NCBI GenBank assembly: GCA_964588165.1
Contig: CAZPMS010000001.1
Span: 91,303 to 155,302, forward strand
Direction: 5' to 3'
DNA: 64,000 nt
Source of the DNA: an uncultured Gammaproteobacteria bacterium
Lineage (GTDB): Bacteria; Patescibacteriota; Patescibacteriia; UBA1558; UBA10009
A program made the position numbers and the translations under genes. The notes beneath the pieces are model-generated. The model made no database searches and was not told where the DNA came from. It worked only from the letters and a program-made list of their open reading frames with translations. Below are positions 46,469 through 55,781 of the stretch, piece after piece. Position 1 is the first letter of the stretch, and every line of letters starts with the position of its first letter.

Positions 46469-46777
46469 ATGAGAAAAAAGCTTAGTCAGCATTCAGTCGA
46501 GTTGAGAATGCTAGCTGTTCAAGAAAGACAAAATCTTGTCAAAAAATATAGTGATAAACTATATTTGATCATATACAGGAGAAAGCTATATATCTGGCTG
46601 GCCATGGGATATATTTTGGCACTTCGGGAAGGCAAAACCATAAACCAAAAAGATATGAGAATCTTTGTTAAAAAATGTGCCGAAGAACAAACCGGCAAAT
46701 TATTTAATGAAGCCCTCTATAGCCAAGTGGCCAAAATGATGGATATCTGGCTAAACTTGTTTGTGCGGTCAAGATAA
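46469..46777 (+). CDS. Hypothetical protein (102 aa)
   Basis: ORF track. TTGACA box at 46384. Confidence 0.35.
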   Translation: MRKKLSQHSVELRMLAVQERQNLVKKYSDKLYLIIYRRKLYIWLAMGYILALREGKTINQKDMRIFVKKCAEEQTGKLFNEALYSQVAKMMDIWLNLFVRSR

Positions 46778-46831
46778 ACTGGCACTCCAAACCATTGTCC
46801 CACTGGATAATGGTTTTTTATTTATGAAAAA

Positions 46832-46855
46832 AAGACGAGATTGATATCTCGTCTT
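46832..46855 (-). terminator. Strong hairpin AAGACGAGAT-tgat-ATCTCGTCTT, with a T-run on the minus strand
   Basis: 10-bp perfect stem. Follows a short minus-strand reading frame ending ...GEDKIRQTIQTEFRKMFA. Confidence 0.55.
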
Positions 46856-47024
46856 GAATGTTTATGAGCTTACCGATGTTAGGCAAACATCTTTCTGAAT
46901 TCAGTCTGAATGGTCTGACGGATTTTGTCCTCCCCTACCCATGTTACAACCAACTGTGGAATTTGGCTGGTCATGAACACCTGGTCCTCGGTAACTGTGA
47001 TTTCACCGTTGATGTTAACGGGAA

Positions 47025-47207
47025 TTAGCCCTTTTTAGCAACGAAAGAAAAACTCATTTCATTGCTTCTCCAGTTATGCTGAGGATTTTTGATTTTGACA
47101 CCGGGAAATGATCCTGTAAGCAATGAATTGATTTTTTGTGTTATCAAATTAATTGCTTCCTGCTGGCTTACTGGATTCTGTAAGGTAATCTGCACTTTGG
47201 CCCCCAA
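47025..47207 (-). CDS. Hypothetical small protein (60 aa)
   Basis: ORF track only. Confidence 0.25.
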   Translation of the reverse strand: MGAKVQITLQNPVSQQEAINLITQKINSLLTGSFPGVKIKNPQHNWRSNEMSFSFVAKKG

Positions 47208-47355
47208 ATGTTAAATGAATTTTAAACAACGATTTATCATAAATTAGTTTAAAAAAGAAATTTTGTCAATCCACCCAGCTGGCGGATAAAATAAAAAACC
47301 TTGTTAAAGGTTTTTGCATAAAGTAAAAACATCTATGCAACTTAACAAGGTTGGC

Positions 47356-47574
47356 TCAAAATATGTTTCTAATTATTCTCCAAACAGCATAGGGCCACAT
47401 CGCTGCATCAATTAAATTTTCCTTCATTGGAGCTTCCATTAACACAATCTCTTCTGCCGGATCTGCCAGCTCATCATCGCCCTGTGCCCATTGAAGACAA
47501 ATGAAAGAGATTACCGTAATGACCGTATAAGCCAATAAAGCTATAATACCAGCCGTAATCATGTTCCCTCCCAA
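47356..47574 (-). CDS. Small membrane protein (72 aa)
   Basis: One TM helix plus an acidic tail. Confidence 0.3.
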   Translation of the reverse strand: MGGNMITAGIIALLAYTVITVISFICLQWAQGDDELADPAEEIVLMEAPMKENLIDAAMWPYAVWRIIRNIF

Positions 47575-47711
47575 GTGTTTTTTGAAAAAAAAGTACTGTT
47601 ATTATTTTATTACTCAGCCTAAAATTTGTCAATCACTAAGATTGACATTTAACTAATATATGCTAAACAGAAAGTGAACAAACAGTACTTTGACAAACAA
47701 AGGAAAAGACA

Positions 47712-48041
47712 GTGAAAACCAAACGCTTTCAAAAAAGGCCTGAAGATTTTATCTGCGAAAACTGCGGGGCTGAGATAAAAGGCGATGGTTATACTAACCA
47801 CTGTCCCCAATGCCTTTGGAGTAAACACGTAGACATAAATCCAGGAGACCGACAGGCAAGCTGTAAAGGCCTTATGGAACCGACTAACATTGAGGTAAAA
47901 AAAGGTGGTTATGTTATAACTCATCGCTGCCAAACTTGCGGACACCAAAAAAATAACAAAGTCCAAGCCAATGATGACATGGATACTGTTATTAATATTT
48001 CTGCCGGGCAAAAGGACGAACATTCCGGGAGGCAATCATGA
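47712..48041 (+). CDS. RNHCP-domain zinc-ribbon protein (GTG start)
   Basis: CENCG...YTNHCPQC...CQTCGH cysteine pairs including an NHCP motif. RBS AAAGGAAAAG. Stop overlaps the next start (ATGA). Confidence 0.55.
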   Translation: MKTKRFQKRPEDFICENCGAEIKGDGYTNHCPQCLWSKHVDINPGDRQASCKGLMEPTNIEVKKGGYVITHRCQTCGHQKNNKVQANDDMDTVINISAGQKDEHSGRQS

Positions 48042-49414
48042 TCAAAATTGATAACGTCCCCGGAAAAACTGTGCGCTGCCATTATCGCCCACTTAAAAGA
48101 GCTGAGGCTGGCCCGCGTGTAACTTATGACGATATTCCGCATCTCTGCCATATTGAGTTAACCTATGCCTGTAATGCCAACTGCCGCTTTTGTTACAATC
48201 CTGATAGAAGTAAGCTGGGAGATTTAAAAACGGTAGACAGGCTTGTAGAAAACGTAGCTGCCAACCAAATTCCGCATGTCTATTTAATTGGCGGAGAGCC
48301 AAGTTTGGTTGGTGAGAAAAGGCTTAACCGTTATATTGAACTTCTAAGCAAACACTCATCGGTAACTATTGTTACCAACGGCATTATTACCATGAAAAAT
48401 ATTTCTCTTGAATTGGCCTGCTTTGGCGTGCCACTACATGGAGATAATGCCCAAACCCACGAATGGCACAACCAACATCCCGGCAGTTTTGCCAAAACTC
48501 TAAGAGCGATTGAGTATTACGTGAAACAAGGCCATGATGTCCGCTGCGTTCCGGTTTTAACTAACAGGAACTTTGATCAGATATACGGCATTATCAAGTT
48601 GGCCAACGATCTGGGTATGGAATCAATCTTTGTAGATAGATATGAAGATGGCGGAATCGGCGCAGTTAATGATGCCAATGAACCGCTTAAACCGAACCTG
48701 GATCAATTTAGAACCGCTTTGGACCAAATGCTTAAAGCCAGGGAAGATTTTCCAAGCTTTGGCAACCGAATAGGTTTTGGCACAGCTATTCCCTTTTGCC
48801 TTGATCCCAGGATGATCCAGCTTAACATGACTTCTGATTGCGGAGTTGGCTCCACTTTTGCTGCTATTAATCCGCAAGGAGAGTTTAGAATCTGCAATCA
48901 GTCACAGTTAAGTTTCGGCAATGTTTTAGAAGAATCAATTACTACAATTTGGCAAAAGCCGGAAATGGATATTTTCAGAGACCTTTCTTGGGTAACTGAA
49001 CCATGCCGCTCTTGCCCTCTGTTATTGCAGTGTACTGGTGGCTGCAAAGTTGATGTGAACTGTTCTGATACTTTTTGCATAGACTTTGCTGTTCGCGGTT
49101 TATCCAATCCGCTCAATTCAGCCAAAACTGTAACAAAACCAAAACCGGAAATTTTTGTGCCGGCAAAATATCGAAACTTCAAACCCAATCGCTTTGCCAA
49201 ACTTAACCTTAGGTATGGGCAGAAATTTCTGGTCACCCGCTACCAAACGGTTAAGCTAAACCAGTTGGCAATAACTTTGGTAAAGGAAATTTTAACTGGC
49301 AACATTTCTTCGGAAAGCCAGTTAATAGAAAAATTTAGCCCGGTTGCAGAAATTGCTGAACTCAGAAAAACCCTAAGCCAGCTAGTTTTGGCAGATGCAG
49401 TTGATTTAATTTAA
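48038..49414 (+). CDS. Radical SAM enzyme with a C-terminal SPASM domain
   Basis: CNANCRFC (CxxxCxxC) plus GGEPSL. C-terminal Cys cluster CRSCPLLLQCTGGC. GC-richer. Confidence 0.8.
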   Translation: MIKIDNVPGKTVRCHYRPLKRAEAGPRVTYDDIPHLCHIELTYACNANCRFCYNPDRSKLGDLKTVDRLVENVAANQIPHVYLIGGEPSLVGEKRLNRYIELLSKHSSVTIVTNGIITMKNISLELACFGVPLHGDNAQTHEWHNQHPGSFAKTLRAIEYYVKQGHDVRCVPVLTNRNFDQIYGIIKLANDLGMESIFVDRYEDGGIGAVNDANEPLKPNLDQFRTALDQMLKAREDFPSFGNRIGFGTAIPFCLDPRMIQLNMTSDCGVGSTFAAINPQGEFRICNQSQLSFGNVLEESITTIWQKPEMDIFRDLSWVTEPCRSCPLLLQCTGGCKVDVNCSDTFCIDFAVRGLSNPLNSAKTVTKPKPEIFVPAKYRNFKPNRFAKLNLRYGQKFLVTRYQTVKLNQLAITLVKEILTGNISSESQLIEKFSPVAEIAELRKTLSQLVLADAVDLI

Positions 49415-49424
49415 GGAGGTTACA

Positions 49425-50888
49425 GTGAAGCCTAAAGAAATCCACTGGGAAATAACTTCTGGTTGCAACCTCCGCTGCCAAACCTGCTTAGTTACAGCTG
49501 AGCAAGCCAAGCCTGATGAGCTGACAACTGTTCAGTCTTATCAGGCCTTGGCTAAAATTTTGGAGGCTGGCATAACCAAAGTTTGCTTTACCGGAGGCGA
49601 ACCCTTTAACCGAACAGATTTTATCGGCCTAATCCAAAAAGCCGCTGAACTAAACCTAGATGTTGAAATTATAACTAACGGTACGCTAATCTCTGATGAT
49701 ATTTTGCAGAGATTAAAACCGTTGGTTAAAAAACTGGGGATCAGCTTGGATGGCCCGACAAAACAAACCAATGATGCTATTCGAGGCAATGGTTCATTCA
49801 ATAAAGCCTTGGAAACTCTTAAATTATGCCAGGAACTGGGAATTCCTGTTCAGCTTTATGTTACAGTTTCCCAACAAACGGCCAACTGTGTTCCAAAAAT
49901 TATCAAGCTGGCAAAAAAATTGGGCTGTAAGGAAATACATTTCAACGAGATAACCCTAAGGGGTAGGGCTGCCAAAAACGGTTTTGAACAGCTCTCGCCA
50001 GAAAAAAAAGCTTGGCTTAAGGAAATTATTTACCAACAAGCCGGCTTATTCTCCATAAACCTACAGGAAGACGAAACTTGCTGGGCAAACGGCACTTCCC
50101 TGTATCTCAATTCAGCGGGCTTTATCTACTTATGTTCGGAGATTGCCTTGGTAAATCCTGCCGAGCATTTAGGCAATATTTTGGCTAATGAAAATTGGCT
50201 TAACCAAATTGCTGAAATTCCCGAACCGCCGGCTGAATGCTGTTTTGGAATTTTGTATGGAGAAGGTCTTAGCTTCATATATCAAACCGATAAACCGTGT
50301 TGGGCAAATAACCCAACCATTAACACGCTGGAGGAGCTTTACTCCGCTTTTGATGGATTGTATAATGGAATTGAGGAAAGCTGTAACGGTTGTACTGATC
50401 CTGACTGCCTGGGCTATATTTGGCTCTTAAAGGAAGAGGCTGAAAAACTGGCTGATCTGGATGTACCTATTGTTAGAATCAACGACAAGATCCATTTCAT
50501 TAATTCCTTTAAGAACGTTGATGGAAAACTAGATATTTCTCAACGCTATCCGGTCTGTAACCAAGTTTGTGCCGGAAAAATGAGGTTTTGTTCAATTCAT
50601 CAAAACAGGCCGCTGGTCTGCCACATGTATCCAATTGGCCTAGAAACAACTAAGGAAGGGAAAACTTTCTGGGTGCTTCATCTGGATTGCAAGTACGTTC
50701 AAAAAATTCTGACAGAAAAACTAATCGGAGAACTCACTAAACAGTTCACTAACATAATTAATCGGGTTAATCCAAGCCTGGTTGAACGGATTCTATCGGC
50801 TTACAAATTAGTCGACGGAATTTCTAAGTTTCCTGACGGTGAAAACAAGTTCGTTATTCTTATGGAGGCAAATCATGTCCAAGTGTAA
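49425..50888 (+). CDS. Radical SAM/SPASM enzyme with an additional C-terminal Cys-cluster domain (GTG start)
   Basis: CNLRCQTC plus GGEPF. SPASM-like CNGCTDPDC. Further cluster CNQVCAGKMRFCSIHQNRPLVCHMYP. RBS AAGGAGG. Confidence 0.8.
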   Translation: MKPKEIHWEITSGCNLRCQTCLVTAEQAKPDELTTVQSYQALAKILEAGITKVCFTGGEPFNRTDFIGLIQKAAELNLDVEIITNGTLISDDILQRLKPLVKKLGISLDGPTKQTNDAIRGNGSFNKALETLKLCQELGIPVQLYVTVSQQTANCVPKIIKLAKKLGCKEIHFNEITLRGRAAKNGFEQLSPEKKAWLKEIIYQQAGLFSINLQEDETCWANGTSLYLNSAGFIYLCSEIALVNPAEHLGNILANENWLNQIAEIPEPPAECCFGILYGEGLSFIYQTDKPCWANNPTINTLEELYSAFDGLYNGIEESCNGCTDPDCLGYIWLLKEEAEKLADLDVPIVRINDKIHFINSFKNVDGKLDISQRYPVCNQVCAGKMRFCSIHQNRPLVCHMYPIGLETTKEGKTFWVLHLDCKYVQKILTEKLIGELTKQFTNIINRVNPSLVERILSAYKLVDGISKFPDGENKFVILMEANHVQV

Positions 50889-51003
50889 AGCCGTACTTGA
50901 TGCCGATAGGGTTGATAAGATTGAAGTCGTAGGAAAAGACGACAAATCTTCCTCCTCTCCGGCAGACACAAAAAAAACCAGCAAGAAGCCGGCTGGCAAG
51001 TAA
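50875..51003 (+). CDS. Small Lys/Ser-rich peptide (42 aa, MSKCKAVLDADRVDKIEVVGKDDKSSSSPADTKKTSKKPAGK), translationally coupled to the second radical SAM gene
   Basis: GGAGG 6 nt upstream of the ATG. Overlaps the radical SAM stop by 14 nt. Not in the ORF track (too short). Confidence 0.35.
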   Translation: MSKCKAVLDADRVDKIEVVGKDDKSSSSPADTKKTSKKPAGK

Positions 51004-51055
51004 CTCATTGATCATTCATTCTAAACCAAAGGGCAAAGCCAAAGCTATGCCCTTT

Positions 51056-51820
51056 TTATTTTTTCCTCAAAACAACGTAATTTAATGGTTTATAACTTTT
51101 TTGTTTTTTAACTTGAGTGTGTTCAAAATAACCTAAAAATTCAAACTTATCATTTTGTTTAATTAGTTTCTCTAATTCATTAGAAGGAATTAATTTAAAA
51201 ATTCTAGTTTCCTTAAAAATCTTTTTTTGCTTTTTATTTAATACTTCCAACTTAAGTTCTTGCGTAACTTTTTTTTGTTTAAGATTTTTTGACGTTAGTT
51301 TATAGTATACTTTTATAATTAAACCTTCTTTCTTTATGGTCCAAGTTTGTGGCTGCCAAAATTTCTTGCTTTGCCAGTTTAAAGGATAATTTTCAATTAA
51401 ATACAATCCTCCTTTTTTAAAAACCTTAGCGAGTGATTCTAAATGTGATAAAAATTCCTCGTTATTTTTAAGATATATAATCGAACCCATCATTATAAAA
51501 GCAAAATCAACTTTTTGTTTTAGTTTGAAATCAACCATGCTTCCTTTAACCGAGGAAATGTTTAATTTCTCTTTATGGCTAATTGATTTCAAATAATTTA
51601 TCATGGCTAAACTATTATCCAAACCAATGCCTCTGTATCCCCTTTTAGCCATCTCCCTGAGTTGGACAGCCGGTCCGCAGGCAATATCTAAAACTCTTTT
51701 AACTTTTACTTTGCTGAATTTTTTAATAAATAATTCAAAAAGATCAACCTGTTTTTTAGGCTTAATAAAACTAAAAGCCAGCTCATAATATTCCGGCTTG
51801 CTATAAAAACTTGATTTCAT
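51056..51820 (-). CDS. Class I SAM-dependent methyltransferase
   Basis: Motif I VLDIACGPAVQL and motif II-like segments. Confidence 0.7.
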   Translation of the reverse strand: MKSSFYSKPEYYELAFSFIKPKKQVDLFELFIKKFSKVKVKRVLDIACGPAVQLREMAKRGYRGIGLDNSLAMINYLKSISHKEKLNISSVKGSMVDFKLKQKVDFAFIMMGSIIYLKNNEEFLSHLESLAKVFKKGGLYLIENYPLNWQSKKFWQPQTWTIKKEGLIIKVYYKLTSKNLKQKKVTQELKLEVLNKKQKKIFKETRIFKLIPSNELEKLIKQNDKFEFLGYFEHTQVKKQKSYKPLNYVVLRKK

Positions 51821-51824
51821 CTAA

Positions 51825-52838
51825 CTAATTCAAATATTTTGCTTTATTTTCTAAATGCTCGTCATAATCCACCGAGTAAATTACTTCACCCGTATCTTTA
51901 GTGGTTAAAAAGTAATAATAAGGATTGCTTTTTGGATAAATGGCGGCCATAATGGCATTTAAGCCCGGATTGGAAATCGGAGTTGGGGTTAAGCCACGGT
52001 GTTTATAGGTATTATATGGGCTTTCAATTTCCAAATCGGCTAAGCTGGGTTGGATTAAGCCTTTGCCCGTTACATAATTAACAGTAGCATCAGACTGCAG
52101 GGCAATCCCCGCCTCTAACCGCTTATAAAAAATATCAGCCACCATTTTCATATCTTCCGGAGTCCTTACCTCCTTTTCTATTATAGAAGCCAAGGTGATA
52201 ATTTCAAAAATTGATTTATCTTGAGCCTTAATGTCAATACGCATTTTTGGCGTAAATTTCCTTTCAAAATTATCCAGCATCTTTTTAATAATCTCTTCTT
52301 CGGTAGAATTTTTAAAAACCCTGTAAGTATCCGGAAATAAATAACCTTCTAAATCGGCGCTAATTGGTTTATCAGCTAAAAAACTGTACTCATCCACAAA
52401 ACGGCTTAAATTTTTGCCAACTAAATTCAAAAAATTATTTTGGGTTGTTAACTTACTATGTTCCAGATAATCAGCAATCTCTTTGTTATTCCAACCTTCT
52501 ATAATGGTAATGCTTACCTCTGAATCACCTGGATTAGTAAGCTTGCCGGTTATTTGTTTAATATTCATGTTGGCAGCCAGTTCATGAACTCCGGCAATAA
52601 AATTTCTTTCCAAGCCCTGTTGCCAAACGTAAGCTTCGAAATAAAATTTGCTTCTGATTAAATTTTCGTCAAATAAATTTTGGCTAATTTGATTAACGCC
52701 CTCGCCCTGTTTTACTTCAAAATTAATAATTTTATCAAAATCAGAAAAAGAAGCTGTAATTTGATAAGTAAAAAAAATCCAGCCGGAAATTAAACCGATG
52801 ATTATTAATATTATTAAACTTTTGATTATTTTAAACAT
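51825..52838 (-). CDS. mltG: Endolytic murein transglycosylase MltG (YceG family)
   Basis: N-terminal TM. YceG signature ...ALQSDATVNY... SPYNTYKHRGLTPTPISNPG. Confidence 0.85.
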   Translation of the reverse strand: MFKIIKSLIILIIIGLISGWIFFTYQITASFSDFDKIINFEVKQGEGVNQISQNLFDENLIRSKFYFEAYVWQQGLERNFIAGVHELAANMNIKQITGKLTNPGDSEVSITIIEGWNNKEIADYLEHSKLTTQNNFLNLVGKNLSRFVDEYSFLADKPISADLEGYLFPDTYRVFKNSTEEEIIKKMLDNFERKFTPKMRIDIKAQDKSIFEIITLASIIEKEVRTPEDMKMVADIFYKRLEAGIALQSDATVNYVTGKGLIQPSLADLEIESPYNTYKHRGLTPTPISNPGLNAIMAAIYPKSNPYYYFLTTKDTGEVIYSVDYDEHLENKAKYLN

Positions 52839-52850
52839 ATTTTTATTAGT

Positions 52851-52957
52851 TCACTGATCTATCACCGATAAAACACGGATCAATCACGGATATTATATTT
52901 GTGAGCCATCTGTGATAGCTCCGTGAGTATCAGTGGATTATCTGTGGTTTATCTGTA
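52851..52957. repeat. 11-bp-phased array of inverted TCACnGATA (x4) and forward TATCnGnGA (x6) units upstream of mltG
   Basis: TCACTGATCTA TCACCGATAAA ACACGGATCAA TCACGGATATT | ATATTTGTGAG CCATCTGTGAT AGCTCCGTGAG TATCAGTGGAT TATCTGTGGTT TATCTGTAT. Confidence 0.6.
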
Positions 52958-53701
52958 TTATTCAATATAATAACGTAAATAGTTATAAAACCTTTGTGGT
53001 TCCGGAATAATCCAGTTATGAGAGCCTCCTTCAACTTCAATCAGTTTAGAGTTTTTTAGCATATTTTTCAACCTATAGCCGTAGTCCAACGAAAGCATGT
53101 TATCTTTTGTACCCCATAAAATTAAAGCCGGAATATCCATTTTTTTTAAGTAAACCTTAAAATCGGTTTCCGTAATTATTTTAATTTGCCTTCCCATATC
53201 TCTAAAATGAGGAATTAGCAAATTTTTTAAGAATTCCGGAAAAAACTCCATAAGGGCAGATGTTTTCTTTTGCTGAACATTCCTAAATGTTTTCATTAAC
53301 CAAGCCTTATAGGGTTGTTCTAAACTTACGCCCAAACTGTTAACTAAAACTAAATTTTTTATTAAATCCGGATTATTAACTGCTAAAGAAATTGCTACCA
53401 TTCCTCCAAAAGAATGGCCGACAATATTTATCTTGGTAAAGTTAAAAAGCCTAATAAAACTGTAAATGCTTTTATAATAATCTTCAAAAGACCAGTTGGC
53501 ACTTAATTTGCCGGATTTGCCTACCCCCGGCAGATTTATAATAATAACTTTATATTTTTTGGCCAACAGGCTGCCGGCGCTTTTATACATATCTGCCGTG
53601 CCAAACAAACCGGGTATAAAAATAAGCGGCGTCCCTTGGCCGCTTTCTAAATAATGCATTCTTACACCATTGGCAATAACAAATTTATCTGTAAATTTCA
53701 T
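52958..53701 (-). CDS. Alpha/beta-fold hydrolase
   Basis: GHSFGG nucleophile elbow, length 247 aa. Confidence 0.7.
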   Translation of the reverse strand: MKFTDKFVIANGVRMHYLESGQGTPLIFIPGLFGTADMYKSAGSLLAKKYKVIIINLPGVGKSGKLSANWSFEDYYKSIYSFIRLFNFTKINIVGHSFGGMVAISLAVNNPDLIKNLVLVNSLGVSLEQPYKAWLMKTFRNVQQKKTSALMEFFPEFLKNLLIPHFRDMGRQIKIITETDFKVYLKKMDIPALILWGTKDNMLSLDYGYRLKNMLKNSKLIEVEGGSHNWIIPEPQRFYNYLRYYIE

Positions 53702-53703
53702 TA

Positions 53704-54774
53704 TTAAAGATATTTATCCAATTTATTTTTTTCCAGAATTTCCACAATTTTTTTTACATCTTGGGCACGTTCTTTGGGGCAAAAAAATACTACATCTTTG
53801 GTTTCTATTATAATTGAATCTTTAATGCCTATTGTGGCAATTAACTTATTGCTATAACTGTAAATTAGATTACCACTACCATCTATATGAATATAATTGC
53901 CCTTAACCACATTTTTTCCTGTGCCGCCCGATAAAATTTCCTGGACAGTACTCCAGTGGCCCACATCTACCCAATCAAATTTTGCTGGTAGACATAGCAT
54001 CTTTTTAGCATTTTCCATAATGCCATGGTCAATACTGATTTTTTTTATCTTTTTGAATTCTGATTTTAAAAGTGAAGGCTTGGCCTGGATCTTTTTTAAA
54101 ATTTTATACTGCTGGGGTAAATGTTTTTTAAAAAAATTAAGCATGGTATCTGCTCTAAAAACAAAGTAGGCCGGGTTCCATAAGTAGCTTGACTGTTTTA
54201 AACCGCCGGCTGCAGATTTTAAATATTTCTCAGCCGTTTTTTTATCCGGCTTTTCTTTAAAACTATCCACCTTAAAAATTTTATCATTTCCGATTTTTTT
54301 AAACTGCTTTTTTAATTTAATATAGCCATAACCGGTTTCCGGATAAGTTGGCTTAATGCCCACTAAAACTAAATGGCCCGGATTTTTTTTAACTGCCTTT
54401 TCGGCAACTTTTAAAACTCTGATAAACTCCTGGCGGTTTTTTATAAAATGGTCAGAATTAACCGTAGCAATAATCTCATTTGGTTTAGAATTTATACAAG
54501 CCAATCCAATAGCTGCTGCTGTACCTTTTTTAACCGGATCAATAATAAAATTCTTAGCGCTTTTTAGGCCCAGTTCTTTTTTAATTTGATTTTGCTGCGT
54601 GCTGTTAATGGAAAAAAATATCTCGCTCGGCTTAAAGCCCTTTTTAACCCTTTGGTAAGTTTCTGCTAATAAAGTTTTTTTACCGATTAAAGGTTTTAAT
54701 TGTTTTGGATTTTTTTTCCTGGAAACCGGCCAGAGCCTTTTACCGGTTCCTCCAGCCATAATTATTATTTTCAT
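53704..54774 (-). CDS. Sugar-1-phosphate nucleotidyltransferase (mannose-1-phosphate guanylyltransferase-like)
   Basis: N-terminal MKIIIMAGGTGKRLWPVSRKKNPKQL (GxGxRL NTP-transferase motif). Confidence 0.7.
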   Translation of the reverse strand: MKIIIMAGGTGKRLWPVSRKKNPKQLKPLIGKKTLLAETYQRVKKGFKPSEIFFSINSTQQNQIKKELGLKSAKNFIIDPVKKGTAAAIGLACINSKPNEIIATVNSDHFIKNRQEFIRVLKVAEKAVKKNPGHLVLVGIKPTYPETGYGYIKLKKQFKKIGNDKIFKVDSFKEKPDKKTAEKYLKSAAGGLKQSSYLWNPAYFVFRADTMLNFFKKHLPQQYKILKKIQAKPSLLKSEFKKIKKISIDHGIMENAKKMLCLPAKFDWVDVGHWSTVQEILSGGTGKNVVKGNYIHIDGSGNLIYSYSNKLIATIGIKDSIIIETKDVVFFCPKERAQDVKKIVEILEKNKLDKYL

Positions 54775-54898
54775 ATATTATTAATAATTTAAAATTGATG
54801 ATTGCCTGACTGCCGGCAGGCAGGATGATTAATATAACGGGGATAAAAAATTTGTTCAGGACGAAATGATACATTTTTAAGCCATTAATCATCAATTA

Positions 54899-55527
54899 TT
54901 AGTCATTATCTATCAACGGCACAAACACAAACCCCGGAAAATACTGTTCGTTAAAATTATCTTTAGCAATTTTATCAACTACAATTATATCTTGCATGCC
55001 CCTGCCAACCGGAATTACCAATCTACCGCCAACGCTTAACTGTTTTTTAAGTTCTTCCGGAACAGTTTCTGCACCGGCCGCCACAATTATCCTATCAAAT
55101 GGCGCCTCAGAAATCAATCCTTTCCAGCCATTGCCTTTTATAATTTCTATATTTTTAAAATTGTATTTTTTTAGATTTTTTGGCCGTATTTTATTAAATC
55201 GTCTTTTATTTCTAAACCAATTACTTTTCCTTGCCTGCCTGCTATACTTGCCAACAAGGCGGTTTGCCAGCCAGAGCCTGATCCTATATCCAAAATCTTG
55301 TGGCCTTTTTCTGCCTGCAATTTTTCCAGCATAAATGCTACTGTGGCAGGCTGGGAAATTGTTTGGCCATGCCCTATTGATAAAGGAAAGTTTTTATAAG
55401 CTTCTGTTTTAAGTTCTGGTGGCACAAAATCTTTACGGTCTACTTCTTCAAAAGCTTTAATAATCCTTAAAGTGTTAAGGTAATCAGATTGCAGTAATTC
55501 ATTGATTAAATCTTTATTGGTATTCAT
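54899..55527 (-). pseudogene. pcm: Protein-L-isoaspartate O-methyltransferase gene split by a -1 frameshift in an A6 homopolymer (T run 55176-55181 on plus)
   Basis: N-part has GQTISQPATVAFMLE and ILDIGSGSGWQTALLA. C-part has APFDRIIVAAGA..GGRLVIPVG. Shifting frame at CAAAAAATC restores ...KYGQKNLKKYNFKNIEIIKGNGWKGLISEAPFD. Confidence 0.7.
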
Positions 55528-55532
55528 ATTTT

Positions 55533-55650
55533 CACGGATAGAATACTGATCTATCACAGATGAAGCACGAATTTAACACAGATTTTATCAGTGAGTTATC
55601 GGTGATCTATCCGTGATAGCTCAGTGAATATCTGTGCTTTATCAGTTAAT
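55533..55650. repeat. 11-bp-phased array of inverted plus forward TATCnGnGA units in the divergent promoter region pcm / CAP-domain gene
   Basis: TCACGGATAG .. TCACAGATGA .. ACACAGATTT then TATCAGTGAG TTATCGGTGAT CTATCCGTGAT AGCTCAGTGAA TATCTGTGCTT TATCAGTTAAT. Confidence 0.6.
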
Positions 55651-55655
55651 AAAAG

Positions 55656-55684
55656 TTGACAAATCAATAAAAGTATGCTATCAT
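55656..55684 (+). promoter_or_regulatory. Promoter TTGACA-17-TATCAT
   Basis: Consensus hexamers, upstream of the CAP-domain gene. Confidence 0.5.
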
Positions 55685-55781
55685 TACATCATAAGGCTAG
55701 AAATAGCCTTTTTGTGTTTGCTGAAGCCAAAATAGCTTAGGTAAATACTTAAAACAAAAATAAAATCAAACAAAAATAAAA

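Noticed and set aside
46866-46990. Short minus-strand frame ending ...GEITVTEDQVFMTSQIPQLVVTWVGEDKIRQTIQTEFRKMFA as a gene fragment
   Set aside because: Coding-like and followed by a strong terminator, but only ~45 codons without a clear start. Possibly a remnant. Not annotated as a feature.
15941-55650. TATCnGnGA tandem arrays as CRISPR arrays or as oriC DnaA-box clusters
   Set aside because: Units are 9-11 bp with no spacers and are degenerate, so this is not a CRISPR architecture and no cas genes are present. They occur at eight dispersed promoter regions and do not match TTATCCACA, so they are not a single replication origin.
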